Source of the DNA: Eledone cirrhosa
Lineage: Eukaryota
DNA length: 64,000 nucleotides
NCBI GenBank assembly: GCA_964016885.1
Contig: OZ024742.1
Span: forward strand, 332,940,001-333,004,000
Reading direction: 5' to 3'
The notes beneath the pieces were generated by a model. The model searched no databases, was not told where the DNA came from, and worked only from the letters and a program-made list of their open reading frames with translations. The first letter of the stretch is position 1; each line of letters starts with the position of its first letter. Both the position numbers and the translations under genes were made by a program. Shown here one piece after another: positions 15,321 to 31,422 of the stretch.

Positions 15321-17374
15321 AAAATGTTAAATATATATATATATATATGTTTACACATACCACGGTAATCACTCTAAATGCCGCTCTAAACGAAACAATG
15401 CTATACCATGATTTAACAAAATAAATTGAGATATCATCTTCAGATGTATATTAAACGTTGAAGTTAACAGTATTGAAAATTATAGATATTATCAAATGAT
15501 CAAAACATAGTGTCACTCATTGTTTGAACTTCTAATACTTTAATAGTTTTAGATAAACTCTGATAACATGATATCGTACACCATTCTCTACAGGTACAAT
15601 ACAATTTGAAATTAAATTTAATTAAGGCCTAATGTTATATTGGAATTATGAGCCAGGTTAACAAAATAAAATATAGTCCAGGGATGCTGGATTGGCGGAA
15701 TTTTCCAAGTGTCTGGGTGGATGCCTGACGGTGTTTTGAGTTCAAATCTGCCATGACTTGAAACCAGTATCACAAACGAAAGAGGGACGACCAGCAGAAA
15801 GAAATTGTTTGCTTCCATTCAGAAAATCAGCTTCTTTGCTTCCTTTAATGACATTGCTATCGCTGGATTTCCAAATACCTTGGATCACACATGAGTTTCA
15901 TTGTAAAGCAAACACCAAGAAGATCTTACAGATTTTACACATGTAGTAATAATTGATTACTGGGTTTTGACGTAGACTCAGGGTGATGTACAATGTTGTT
16001 GTTAACAGGTGTTTCTATTACACTTTAGATATTGGAATTGAAAGTCATTTGCGAAACATATGTATTACTGAAATGAATGCAAAGCAGATAAGAGGAGTCC
16101 GGCTTTACGGGACATTTTCGATAACCATTGATGAGATTGATGATTATTTACAGTTTGTAGAAAAACACTTTGCAAATTGGCAGAACAACTATCTGCAACG
16201 TGGGATTTGAAACAGCTTGTAGCTTGAATGTCAAACAAAGGCATATTTTAATTTTGCTGTTTTTAAAGACGATAGTCTATGAATTTGAAGAGATTAGACT
16301 GTTATCTCTAGCAGCCCAAGTGAACATGTAGAAGCTAATTGTGCTCTTTTCGTAATGAAGTATGTGGAAGTAATGGATTAAAAACACTCAGGGTCATTCG
16401 GTACAAAATATTAAATTGAAAATTTGCTGAAGATAATTCCAATTGATGATTTAGAATAATACGTCTATAAGTAGAGTACAAAGGGAAGGCTATTAAATCC
16501 AGGTGAGGTGGATTAACTGAAAATTGTTTTCTTCTAAAGCTAGTTACGGGTCAATAAGTGCATTTCAATTTAGCCAAATTATTATATATATTTACAGCTG
16601 ACAAGATGATAGGTCGGCAGATTACTCCTCGGAAGTTTAGCAGTTCGAATGTCAACAGAAATAATATAGGATCCATAACTTCCATCATTTCACAAATTCA
16701 TCTGTTATCTAGCGTACAGATGTCATCTAATGTGCATCTAACATTTGAACAATTGCATTTCTTCCAGGCACACTCTAACGAAATGAACGTTGCTGTTATT
16801 GTCCAGTGATAAGAGATATTCTATTCATAACTATGATGTTTTACTACATTTACAAACATGTCCTTATGAAAATGAAAATAGAAATAGTATGATGCAATCA
16901 GAAAGTGATTTAGATGAATTTTCTAGCAGATGGAAACAGAAGGTTAAGGAGCCTTTGTTGTTGTTGTTTAGCTCTAGGTCATTACTGACTGTGCGAAGAC
17001 ATGGTAAAGTCATTCCAGGCACGATCATACCAGCTTGTTCTATATCTTGAACTATTTAACTTAGTGTTTACTTCCTTGGTCTAAGGAAGCATATACGATT
17101 TGAAAGACGTATATCTATTATTTCAAGCGAATTACCAAATTATTTTCATCATGTTTTATCCATTCCCTAAAGAGAGTGAAATATTGACGAAGTGTTGATT
17201 TCAGCACAACTTTTCTAATACCTGCGTTACTGCAATATGTCGCCACTTACATTGCAAACTAATACTATCTGCCGCTCGCATCTCCTGGCAGGAGGTGGGT
17301 TTTAAATTCGGAATACACAGATGCGGATAATATATCGCAAATCATCAGTTCTGTCTCGTTACAAATGCGGATAA

Positions 17375-17500
17375 TCCACCGACCCAGGGCTGGTATTTGT
17401 CTTCTACTCCAAAAAGAGGAAAGGCACATTTCACCTTGGCGGAATTTGAACTCAGAATTTAGTGAATCGGAAGAAATATTATCGACTCTGACAATTGGCA
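17375..17500 (-). mobile_element. Degenerate SINE of same family
   Basis: GACCCAGGGCTGGTA...GAAAGGCA...CCTTGGCGGAATTTGAACTCAGA. Confidence 0.65.
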
Positions 17501-18296
17501 TACAAAGACTCTCTTCTTTGCTTCGTATATATCTCTGTATATTTAGTTATTTATTTGGACTCTACCTTCCATGGCTAAACAAGAAAGAAAGAAAGAAAGA
17601 AATAAAGAAAGAAAGAAACAGAATCATATTAATAAGACTTACAATGGAAGTGTGTCAGTGATCAAGCCACACAGATTGCGTTGAATATGTTGACAGGAGG
17701 AAATCTATGATAAATGCAAAGAGAAAGAGTTTTGTTTGTTAACGAATGGCTAAAATCATTCTTCCAGGATATAATTACTTTAGATTCAATAAACTAAGAA
17801 CAAATCCCTTGCTAGATAAGTAAGAACAGCCACGATATTTCGAGAGCTTCAGTCATGCTACGAAAGCCAGAGGGATGCTATTCCATTTAATCTAAAATAA
17901 ATATTATTTGCTGTAAAGTAATTTTGTTTTCTTACGGCGGATTTTGATCCTATCTCATATTATCATATTTCTTATCCTAAATATGAATTCAGCCACTTAA
18001 TTACGATAAAAAGATGTTAAGTGTACACGAGCTTGTGGAATGCTCAGCCACTTGTGTGCTAATTTTAGGAGTAGGCTGTTCCGCTAATTGAACAAATGGA
18101 ACAGTGGTCATCAAACGACATAGAGATCCATTCCATTCTTGTATTATTGCAACAAATTAGCACTATGCATTCATAAGTTTTTGGTTGATTTGAAATGAGG
18201 AACTCAACTCCAGTTCTATGAAAACATGAGAAAGTGCTGGACTGTAACAAGTGTATCTGTCACAAATACAGTATATATAGAGATAAAGAGAAGCTT

Positions 18297-19286
18297 TTTA
18301 GCGGTATTCTTAAGAGTTAACAAAAATCCCTGATGTTTAGTACTATATTTCGTATGATAGGTGTAATTATTTGCCACAAGAGCGCACAGGAAATGGGATA
18401 AACGATGACACCAACCATAGAAGAGTGCAAATTACTATCATGCAACTTACAAAATAATGTCCTAGAGAAACATATTCTCGAGTCCAGACTGGTGAAGTGG
18501 TATTGACAAAACTGAAACAAAGCCACATTGTTATAGCAATTTTGTGGTAGCTTTATGTAGCAGGTTTTGACTGAAATCAGCAATATAAAAGGTTTGCTCT
18601 GCTACAACTGTTTGTTCTACTTTCTAATTTTTACGCTTATTGGTCAATATGTGAAGCACTTAGACAATGGATATGCTGCAGACTTATAAGTTGCATGTAA
18701 GTTACCGATTGTCTATCCATCTATGGCATGATTAGATTTGACCACAGAGCATCTCAATCACGATTGAGTTGTATTTAAAAACATCAATAGTGACTAGATG
18801 TTGTCATTGAAATTAACACATGTCACTAATATTTAACAAAATAAAGAAGCGTTACTTTCGTTATGAATGAATTTATATTGCGCTACTTGTTTAATGACTA
18901 TTGGCAAGCAATATTCTTCTTTTAACACAAACAGTGAAAGGCATATGTAAGAGGAGGCAGGTATAGGGGCTAACGAAAATAGCATAAATCAAGTAATGAA
19001 AGGATTTTACGTTCTTGTTTAATGTCAATCCGAAATGCAAAGCCGCTTGTGGGTGCTGTCTTAAGTTCCCACCTGACGGAAGGATAGCAAGTGAGATGCT
19101 ACAAAAGAGCAATGAGACAATCAAACTCGCGTTTCTCATTCTAAAAAATGCTATATATACATATTACGTCGAAATGACAACGTAATTAGTGTCGGAGAAA
19201 AATTGAAGCCACAGTATTTAGCGGTATTCTTAAGAATTAACAAAAATCCCTGATGTTTAGTACTATATTTCGTATGATAGGTGTAA
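18297..19286 (+). repeat. 70-bp direct repeat (18297-18366, 19217-19286)
   Basis: TTTAGCGGTATTCTTAAGA(G/A)TTAACAAAAATCCCTGATG...GATAGGTGTAA, one mismatch. Confidence 0.9.
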
Positions 19287-19483
19287 CTCTCTGTGCTTTG
19301 ATTTCAAATTACTTCGATGTCGACTTTGCTTTCCATCATTTCAAAATCAATAAATATAGTACCATTCTAGTGCTACGATCGTCTCTCTCTCTCCCTCTCT
19401 CTCTATCTCACTCTCTCTTTCTCTCTCTCTCACTTTCTCTCTCACTTTCTCTCTCACTTTCTCTATCTCTCTCTCTCTCTCTT

Positions 19484-19588
<105 letters not shown>

Positions 19589-20202
19589 TTTCTGTCTTTC
19601 CCGTATGTGTGATCCCACACTCTATGCCCGAGCTGCAACACTACAACGCTATCATGATTTCAGGCCCCATGGGATAGAACATTACATGACAGATTCTTTT
19701 AATGAAGTGGCTGAGATTACTCTTTCTAATTTGAACTTACTAGTTTATTTTGGTGTATGTGTATGTGTAGCGCTATGAAAACGGGCTCAATATTGTCACA
19801 TCCGATGGATAGAACACCCTTGCGTGTTCATATACATACAGCCATACATAAATGATGGCTGCCCTCTCGTTATCGAGTATGGTCATTGCACGATATAACA
19901 TTATTTATAATTATCAATTAATGCTATCGACCAATGCCTGTGAGTGAATATATTTTTCAAGTGAGGAAAGACTGTGCACAGAGCTAATCCCACTCTCTGA
20001 GCAACAGTAGCTATAACCCGAAAAGAAGAAAAGATCAACATCATCGGTAACTACTGAGCCGCAGTTTTTATATCGGGGTTATCCCAGTTTCCTGAGTTGC
20101 GTTCTCCTAGAAGAATGCCCCGACAAAGGTTAGGGGTCATTCACTCCCAGTGGTTTAACCGCGCGATTGGGTATGCAGCCCGATTTTTACATACATACAT
20201 AA

Positions 20203-23202
<3,000 letters not shown>

Positions 23203-23402
23203 TATATACAAATTTAAAACACACAAAAATACCATGCTCACATAAACATGTAAACACACGGATTAATATAGATATTTATACATATATATATATATATTTG
23301 TGTATGCGTTTCTGTTTGCGTACGTGTGTTTGTGTGTATGTCCGTTTGTTTTTGTGTATGTGCTTGCGTGCCTGTGTGTGTTTGTGTGTATGTGCTTGCG
23401 TG

Positions 23403-23470
<68 letters not shown>

Positions 23471-24324
23471 TGTGTGGGTGAATATGTGTGTGTATGTGTG
23501 CGTTTGCAATATGTATATAAATCCACACATATCTATCTATTCCGCGTAATTAAGCGTAATTCTATTGATATATTCATATGAATGGCCAACCACATGATCG
23601 CTTTTACTTATAGACGAATGAGTAAAGGAAAAAGAGAATGATTGAAAGAGCTGAAGGGAAAGAAAATGATTGCTAATGTAAAGCTGAAGAAGATATAACA
23701 TAATTGTATGGTGTGCAAGAGAGAGGTAAAATAATTGGAGAGAATACGGAGGCGAGTGGCTATTTCCAAATACATACAGAAACACAAATGATTTCATATA
23801 AAGCAAGATGGATGTCAAATGAAGCGAGAATTGAGAACGAGGCTCGGAGATATAATAAGTTTTAGATGGGTATTTTCACACATGTTTAAACCAGAATTAC
23901 ACCGTGGATTTGTGTGTGTGTGTTCATGTGAGTGTAAGTATGTTTACGTGTGACCATGCATATGGGGTTAGGAGCGTAAATGTATGAATATATGTTACAG
24001 ACAGACACACACAAACTTATACAATTGCGCACATCATTATAGTAATATAAGTGTAGTTTGTATATGAGATGTGGAAGTGAGATGGATATATATATATGGG
24101 GGTGTATATCAATGTATGTTTATAAGGATACATGTGTATGTATATGGAAACATAAATTATTGTATATATGTATCGTCTGGTGGATAGAGTCCCCTTGTTT
24201 ATACATATAAATCCAAGTATACATACATACATACATACGTACGTACCAATTATATATAAATATATATATTTCCACATACAAACTACAGGAACATTTATAT
24301 ATATCTTGTATATATGCATTTATG

Positions 24325-24366
<42 letters not shown>

Positions 24367-24452
24367 GTGTGTGTGTGTGTGTATGTGTGTGCATATATAT
24401 GTGTGTATGCGTCTGTGTGAGATTTGTAAACATGATGCATTCTCATTCTTGA

Positions 24453-24469
24453 TATAACCAAAGAACCAG

Positions 24470-24534
<65 letters not shown>

Positions 24535-24560
24535 TACATATAGCTGGTTCTTTGGTTATA
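24453..24560. repeat. Short inverted repeat around (TA)n
   Basis: TATAACCAAAGAACCAGCTA ... TAGCTGGTTCTTTGGTTATA. Confidence 0.9.
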
Positions 24561-24570
24561 AATATATATA

Positions 24571-24708
<138 letters not shown>

Positions 24709-25258
24709 ACATTGTTGGGGAAATCTATCTGAAACTTATTTTACCATTTATTGAAATGTTTATGTAATAGAGACAAATATCTTTTAATTGATATTAGCTA
24801 CATCTTAAACGTAGAGAAGATTTAGACGTACTTGCTGCTATTTCTATCGTCACTATACTAATACACTGAGAGAGATATGTTCATTTAGTGTTTCAACGAC
24901 GAAACGCGTTGATCACCATTGGGTGACAGCAACGACATATATAGGCTTCATATCCAATATCTCATTTAATTCCAAATAAATTACCTGCTGAAGACGGTAT
25001 TAAATTTTCCCAAATGTTCTTATTCAAAATTATTTTAATAATTGATAGTGTTTCTTGATACCAGAAACCATGCATGGGGAACTATATGAGTAAAAATAAC
25101 TTATTTAATCGGTCTAGCTTATACTGAAATATGTGTTTTGGTTTAAGTTTAATATGTATAATTATTTCTCTGAATCGAAAATGTATCCGTATATTTTAAC
25201 CTTTCATTGAGAGGTCCAATAGTAGAAGAAAATATCTTTTTGATATGTATATATATAT

Positions 25259-26059
25259 TACCCGGCGTTGCAGGGGATAATGTAATTTGGAACGCGGGCC
25301 GCCAACAGACCTAATCGTGGAAAAACTGCATGCCTGGACAATATGTAGAGAAAATAAACCGAATACTCTGATGGCTGGATAACCTTTAAGATTTTTCTCG
25401 ATGAAGCAGGAAAAATGAAGGTTATCACCTAGGGGATCAAGAAATAGGATTTTTTTTTATGAGCATAATATGTCTTGAAATTTCGTGAAAATCGTCTCGA
25501 CGTAACACCTCAAAAAAGCCTTAAAAAGCTGAAAAAATGAAGCTTTTCACTCAATGCGGGCCCTAGACCATAAAAAAGTTGGATTTCTTTGCTCACGGTA
25601 TGAAGAAGAGACTGAATAATATATAGTTACAATTTCAAGGAAATCAGGCTGACGTAACACCTGAAAAGAAACCCTAAAAACGTGAAAACGCAGTGTTTCA
25701 CCTAATGCGGGCCCTAGGGCCTGAAACATAAGTAATACACATGTAAAGTTTGAAAAAAGTCGGTTGGGAACTTCTCCAGTTTTAGGGATTCAAAGACACA
25801 GACACACACACACAGACAGACATCCTCGGGGAAGTGACGTAATGCAGACAGTCAGACATACAGACAGATATTATAAGGGCGCGAGGTTATATGTATCTAT
25901 CTAAAAAGAGAAAGGCTTAGAATTGTAGAGAGAGATCGCTAAATCGCCTAATGCACTCCCTGAAACATAAGTATTACATGTGTAAAGGTTGAAAATAGTC
26001 GGTTGGGTGCTTCTCGAGTTTTAGGGATTCAAATTCACACACACAGACAGACATCCTCA

Positions 26060-26065
<6 letters not shown>
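25259..26065 (-). mobile_element. Non-autonomous Helitron-like relic with internal duplications
   Basis: Terminal GC hairpin CCCCTGCAACGCCGGG (minus strand), ACAG microsatellite, embedded in TA. Internal repeats ~25499-25567/~25650-25717 and ~25720-25828/~25959-26058. Terminal CTAG not seen. Confidence 0.5.
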
Positions 26066-26138
<73 letters not shown>

Positions 26139-26217
26139 ATAAATTAACGGAGGCATAGGCCGTCGTTATTCCCTGTAAATAATGTGCTCAAAGGGGAAGA
26201 GATCCTGAGCCCTTTAG

Positions 26218-26673
26218 AATATAATATGTTGAGAAGGTAACACACCAGAGAGAGATATATAGTGCGTTATCAATAATACAGGGAAAAAACCACCACTGTA
26301 TGGAATCTATAACCTATGAAAGGCAGACTATAGACACGATAATTAAAAATATAAATTAAAGCGTAAATAAATACCTCTATAACTATATAACACACGTACA
26401 AATCCAGAGATATGTTTCGCCAGAGAAATTGTTGAAATAAATGTTAGTCTCGGTTCATCAGCGTGTGTAAGGCGAAACATATATCTGGATTTGTACGTGT
26501 GTAATATAGTTATAGAGGTATTTATTTACGCTTTAATTTATATTTTTAATTATCGTGTCTATAGTCTGCCTTTCATAGGTTATAGATTCCATACACTGGT
26601 GGTTTTTTCCCTGTATTATTGATAACGCACTATATATCTCTCTCTGGTGTGTTACCTTCTCAACATATTATAT

Positions 26674-26674
<1 letters not shown>
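26218..26674. repeat. Inverted repeat, 204-bp arms, 49-nt spacer
   Basis: 26218-26421 is the reverse complement of 26471-26674 with few mismatches. Confidence 0.93.
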
Positions 26675-26722
<48 letters not shown>

Positions 26723-26859
26723 GGTGGGGCCAAAAACGTTGTTTTCTGGGGAAGACGGTTAGATAGATCTTGGATATCGAGACAAGAAATAGGAGGTGAT
26801 TAAACACTGCCTATTAGCTCTTAATGAATATATCGATTTACCAATATATCGAGTTCTGC

Positions 26860-27470
26860 AGCTCATGTTTTGATTGAGCTGCAGTCCTGGGTCAAAAGGA
26901 GACCCATACGGGGCGCCTGGTATCTGGAATGTTGCCAGGCGATCAATGCCCTCTACCAGGTGGGAATTTCCACTTTCGAGTTTTCTCAAAAATAATCGCA
27001 TGGTAGTAATACTGAACCCATAGTGAAGATCACCGCACCACCGTCTTTTGTCCGGAAATTGCAGCCAGTTTATCTCTGACTGGTGGCGGTAGCGAAAGAG
27101 GTCGTTCGGTGGACCAGGTTGAAAGGACTGTCGACAGACACTATTCTCTTTGGTCAATCCCTGAAAAACTTATCAAATTTAATTTGGAAAGGAATGTGAG
27201 GGTGGAGAGAGTAGTGCTGTCCCCGAGTATATTTGCTAAAAGGTGGGTGGAATGGGGCGAGAATTGCCCATGTGAATGGCACTACTCTCACCATACGCCT
27301 GTAGGCTAGTTAAATTGAGGAGGAGTAAGGTGCCTTTCCTGAGTGCTCACGAAGCGTCGGGTGGTTCATGATTGATTGGATACCTGAGTCGGCCCTGGGT
27401 CGTTATCCTCCATATTAGGAAATTCTGGTCTATTGTCCTCTTTTTCAATACTACTTTGAGCATTGGCTCC
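26860..27470 (+). mobile_element. Old, degenerate 3' fragment of a related Tx1/L1 family
   Basis: GAGCTGCAGTCCTGGGTCAA at ~26877. Segment 27095-27304 aligns by eye to the ORF2 C-terminus (WTRLKGL..., VRVERVVLS...KRWV). Boundaries approximate. Confidence 0.65.
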
Positions 27471-27479
27471 TAACTCTCA

Positions 27480-27861
27480 GACACATATTTGTGCAGACTT
27501 CATTTCTCCATCTAAACACAGTCCTTTATGCTGATATGGCCGCTTCCACTTTTAGATCTATTTAAGTAGACTCTATCAACATCACTCCTATTGTGGAATA
27601 TGCTGTTGGTAGTCATTAGCTTCCTAGTCTTTCTATCCATTTTTTTCTTGCTCAGTAACACTCCATTTCAGAATTCCCGCACTGTACGTAATAATAGACA
27701 CAGCCCGGGAATTTACAGCACTTATGACATTCTTACTATTTAGATGTTATTTTAGTATGTTCCTTACTCACCTTATGTATTCAGATCTTACCAATTCCTT
27801 CATTTTATTGTTCTTTATATCATGTGCCTCCAGAACACCCACATATTTGTATCCCTCTTCA
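27480..27861 (-). mobile_element. Second Dong/R4 RT-thumb fragment
   Basis: EEGYKYVGVLEAHDIKNNKMKELVRSEYIR. DNA aligns to ~46905-47284 with visible divergence. Confidence 0.82.
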
Positions 27862-29019
27862 ATGCGCAAACATGCACTGAGGCTGCGACATCTCTGGTGC
27901 TTCATTGATGGTGAACAGGTGCGGTCGCCGTTCGCCAGGCACGTTTTACCACAGCTCACCTCCTTGACGGAGCTGCAGTCCTGGGTCAGAAAAAGACCGA
28001 GGGATAGCGCTTGGAAACTGGAATGTCTCCAGGCGCTCACTGCGCTCTGCCAGCTGGGCACCAGTATCGGTGGAACATCCACCTCGGCGTTCTATAGAGG
28101 ACTAGTGGAGGGGAAGAGCGACGACGTTCTCGGAGAGATCCTGGGCGTCGAAGAAGATCAGCTGTTTGCTCTCTTCCGGAGAACTTTCAGCGCAGGGTCT
28201 ATGGATAACTTCCAAAAATCCCTGGCCTGGCAGTGCTACAGGAGAGGCTTGCCGGTTCGAGATAAGCTCTACAGGCACGAAAGTGCCGTCAGCCGAGCCT
28301 ATCCGAGATGCTCGCAGAGCGACGATTCTGTCGTGCACGCACTTGTCAGTGCCCGAGCATTGCTGACTTGTGAAGCTATGTCGAACAGTTGCTGTCGCGT
28401 GTAGGACTGATCCGGTTATCGACTGAGTCCATTGTGCAGATGGTCTCACCGTCTTCCTTCGATTAGGAAGGACAGGCGGTTTTCATCTGCCTGGTGGCCA
28501 TGGCGAAAGAGATTGTGTGGTGGACAAGGTTGAAAGGGTTAAAGACAGACACATTCCTCTTCGGCGAATCCCTAATTACATTTTTCAAGTTTCACTTGAA
28601 GAGGAAAATCAGGGTGGAGAGGCAAGTGCTGTTTTCTAGCAAGTTTGTTGAAAGAAGATGGGTGAATGTAGCGAGAATGGTCCGAGTGAACGGGACCACT
28701 CTGAATATACGTCTGTAGTTTGAGATATGGAAAAATTGAGAGAGGGCGCTTGCTCTGGTGGTCAGGGTGGCCGTAGTCTTTTGTGTGGTTTTCGACACGA
28801 GTAAACCTCGGAGGTTTCCCCCTATGAGAGAATTTTTCATTGTTTCAATTTTCTTTTTTATTGTTTATGTATATATATGTTTCTATGTCCTTTTTTTATT
28901 TTCTTATATAAATAATAAAAATATTTACACGCACAAAACCCACATCGTACCGTCCTGTACCGTCCTGTGCTGTCTGTAATGTTTTTTTCTTGATGTCAGC
29001 CCTTGTGGCCAATAAAGAA

Positions 29020-29020
<1 letters not shown>
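27862..29020 (+). mobile_element. 3' fragment of subfamily B LINE
   Basis: Closely matches 52570-53711 (MRKHALRLRHLWCF ... VNGTTLNIRL, 3' UTR, GCCCTTGTGGCCAATAAAGAA) and is followed by (ATT)n. Confidence 0.9.
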
Positions 29021-29055
<35 letters not shown>

Positions 29056-29073
29056 ATTATTATTATTATTATT
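29021..29073 (+). repeat. (ATT)n spacer; others at 35104-35151, 41181-41225, 46199-46249, 47703-47723, and ATT/AGT at 53712-53797
   Basis: Read directly between LINE units. Confidence 0.95.
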
Positions 29074-29289
29074 GAATGCTATGGTTGACGGAGGCTCGGC
29101 TCTGTAAGGTATTGTAAATTTTGAACGCTATAACAATGGTAAATTGTTTAAAACTTTAACCAACTTGTAGACAAAAACACCCTCCTCCTCGTGATAGGGG
29201 TCTTTCTGACCGTTATTTGGCCCTTAGGGATTAAATAACTGCTTATTGGGGTTCTGTGCACAATATTTATTTTAAACAAAAAAAACAAC

Positions 29290-31387
29290 ATGGCTACGAA
29301 AAAGAATTTTCATAGGTCACTCCCACTCATTCCGTCTTCTTCTTCCTCAATCGTCACTACAGCAGAGAGAAGATTGTCTCTCTCCCTCCCTTCTTTAAAT
29401 GTGTCTCTCTCCCTCCCTTCTCTTTCGCAAGCGACGACAGAAAAGAAAAGTCTCGTGCAAAGCGTGCAAGATTTCTCCACGACGACGACGACAACGACGA
29501 AACAGGTGTGCGGGAAATACGAAAACCCATTTCATTCGTCTGACGTCAGGAATAATAGCAGTAGCAGCCGTAATAACAACAGCAACAGTGACAATGAAAA
29601 CAACAGTAGCAGCCGCAACAGCATCAGCAGCAGCATAAACAACAAGAGCATTAGCAGCAGCAACAACAACAACAACCACAGCAACAGCGGCAGTAGTCGT
29701 AGTACCTGCAGCAACAACAAAAGTAACAGCAGCTCTGACGACAACAACAACAACAGCAGCAATTAAAAACCAATCTCGTTTGCAGGTATCGCGAAGAATC
29801 TGGAAACAATCCTCATAACAAATGAGGAATTAGAGGAAACGAAGAAGATGGTGACAAAGACTGGACACCGAGCAATCTGCAAGGCAGCGGAAAATTTTTT
29901 CGAAAACCAACAGCACTGTACGGTCACGTACCGTACAGTAAGTACAAAATCCCGTAGGGTTGAAAGAGCCACAGAGGCTCAAATACAAAAAGCCTTGGGG
30001 TCTGTGTGGCAGCGGAAAACGCACATCACCCGAGGAAAAAAATATGCCACTGTAGACGTACTTTTTGCCACACCCCAGGAGGCAAAGGCTCAATCTGTAG
30101 TGACCCTAAGGAGCGAGGAAATGGTGTTGGTGCCCTCCTACTGCGGGCAAAAAATTGTGAGGGTCAAACTGACCCACGTCCCCCCCCCCCCGGGATGGCC
30201 GCTTCTTGGCTGGCCGCGTCTGTCCTCGTCGGAATCGAGGACAAAACAACTGTACTGCAAGTACAGAAAAAAGTAAGAGAAGATTGGGTCGGCACCTCCA
30301 TTAAGATACTAATCCAAACCAACCAGGAGTGCATCGAAGCTATCCCGGATGTGATAGACTTCGATAACGGCACTCAACTGCCCATAAGTGTTGAGGGCAA
30401 ACGCCCGAAATGCTTTCGCTGTGGATCGAAGACTCACCTCAGGGCCTTCTGCAACGAGAAGACCCTGAGAAAGGAGAAACCCCCCCTCCTTCCGTAACCG
30501 GCTCCACGGCTACGAGCAACAGGACAAGCGGCAACGAGGAACGATAGGTCCGTGGCACCCATACCCACGTCACGGAGATCAAAAACAGCAGCAGCAGTGG
30601 AAATATTAACAACAACAACAGCAATACCAAATGCAGCTGCAACAGAGACTCCAGTGCAAACATCACCAACAACAACAAGTGAAAGAGTGGAGCTGGTACC
30701 CCTCCCCGACCTCACAGAATCAGACATGGAGTGTGAGGTGGGAGAGAGATAGCAAAAGGTCGTAAGAAGGCACAAACGCAGAAGCAGCGCATCGTCGCCT
30801 TTGAAAAGGGAGGAAAAAATGAGAAAATGGTAAAGTCTACTGCAAAGAGACCCACAGCAGCAACACCACCAACACCATCACCACCCACACTAGCACCACC
30901 ATCACCACCGGCGACAACCCCACCGCCAACAACACCTTCAACACCACCACAACAAGCACCAACATCGCAAACACAACAAAACACACACACCCAGCAACAA
31001 CGACAAGAAAATAGCAGAACCACACCCCACCCCCAGAAAAACAAATGCACGGCAATAAATACACACAACAAGAAACTAATGACTTACATAAATGAACACA
31101 CAGACATTTCACAACACGACTACATAATACCAGCACCATTCAAAACGCCAACTAACATAAGACTGCTAAAAATAGCACAGAAACAATACACAAACATTAA
31201 AACGAAATTCCCCAACGCAGTTGGTGATTTCAGGGACCTAGGAGGAACTATCAATCGAAGAGTATATTCAGACATTCTCTTAGAAGAGCCGACGACCAGC
31301 CGAAGGGACGATTCAACGGTCCCTTCACCAGACGAACAAGTGAAAAGGGATGTAAAAACCATCCCTCCTCTACCAAAAGTACGGTAA
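29290..31387 (+). pseudogene. ORF1 (gag-like) of A1, disrupted
   Basis: Pieces in several frames: Asn/Ser-rich N-terminus, RRM-like YATVDVLF segment, CCHC knuckle CFRCGSKTHLRAFC, Pro/Thr-rich region. Stops at 29764 (TAA; GAA in A3) and 30750 (TAG; TGG in A3), plus frameshifts including the C-run near 30181. Confidence 0.85.
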
Positions 31388-31422
31388 GTGGTCTTTCCAA
31401 TCTTTTCCACTCTATTTTAAAC

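Noticed and set aside
15400-19200. Possible host exons in the unique AT-rich stretch
   Set aside because: Short ORFs without recognisable domains or convincing splice pairs. Small exons cannot be excluded without RNA data.
24985-25080. Hammerhead-like CTGAAGA-CGGTAT...ATACCA-GAAAC; also partial motifs near 2015-2060 and 22530-22545
   Set aside because: Cleavage triplet, stem I or the CTGANGA box is missing. At most decayed relics.
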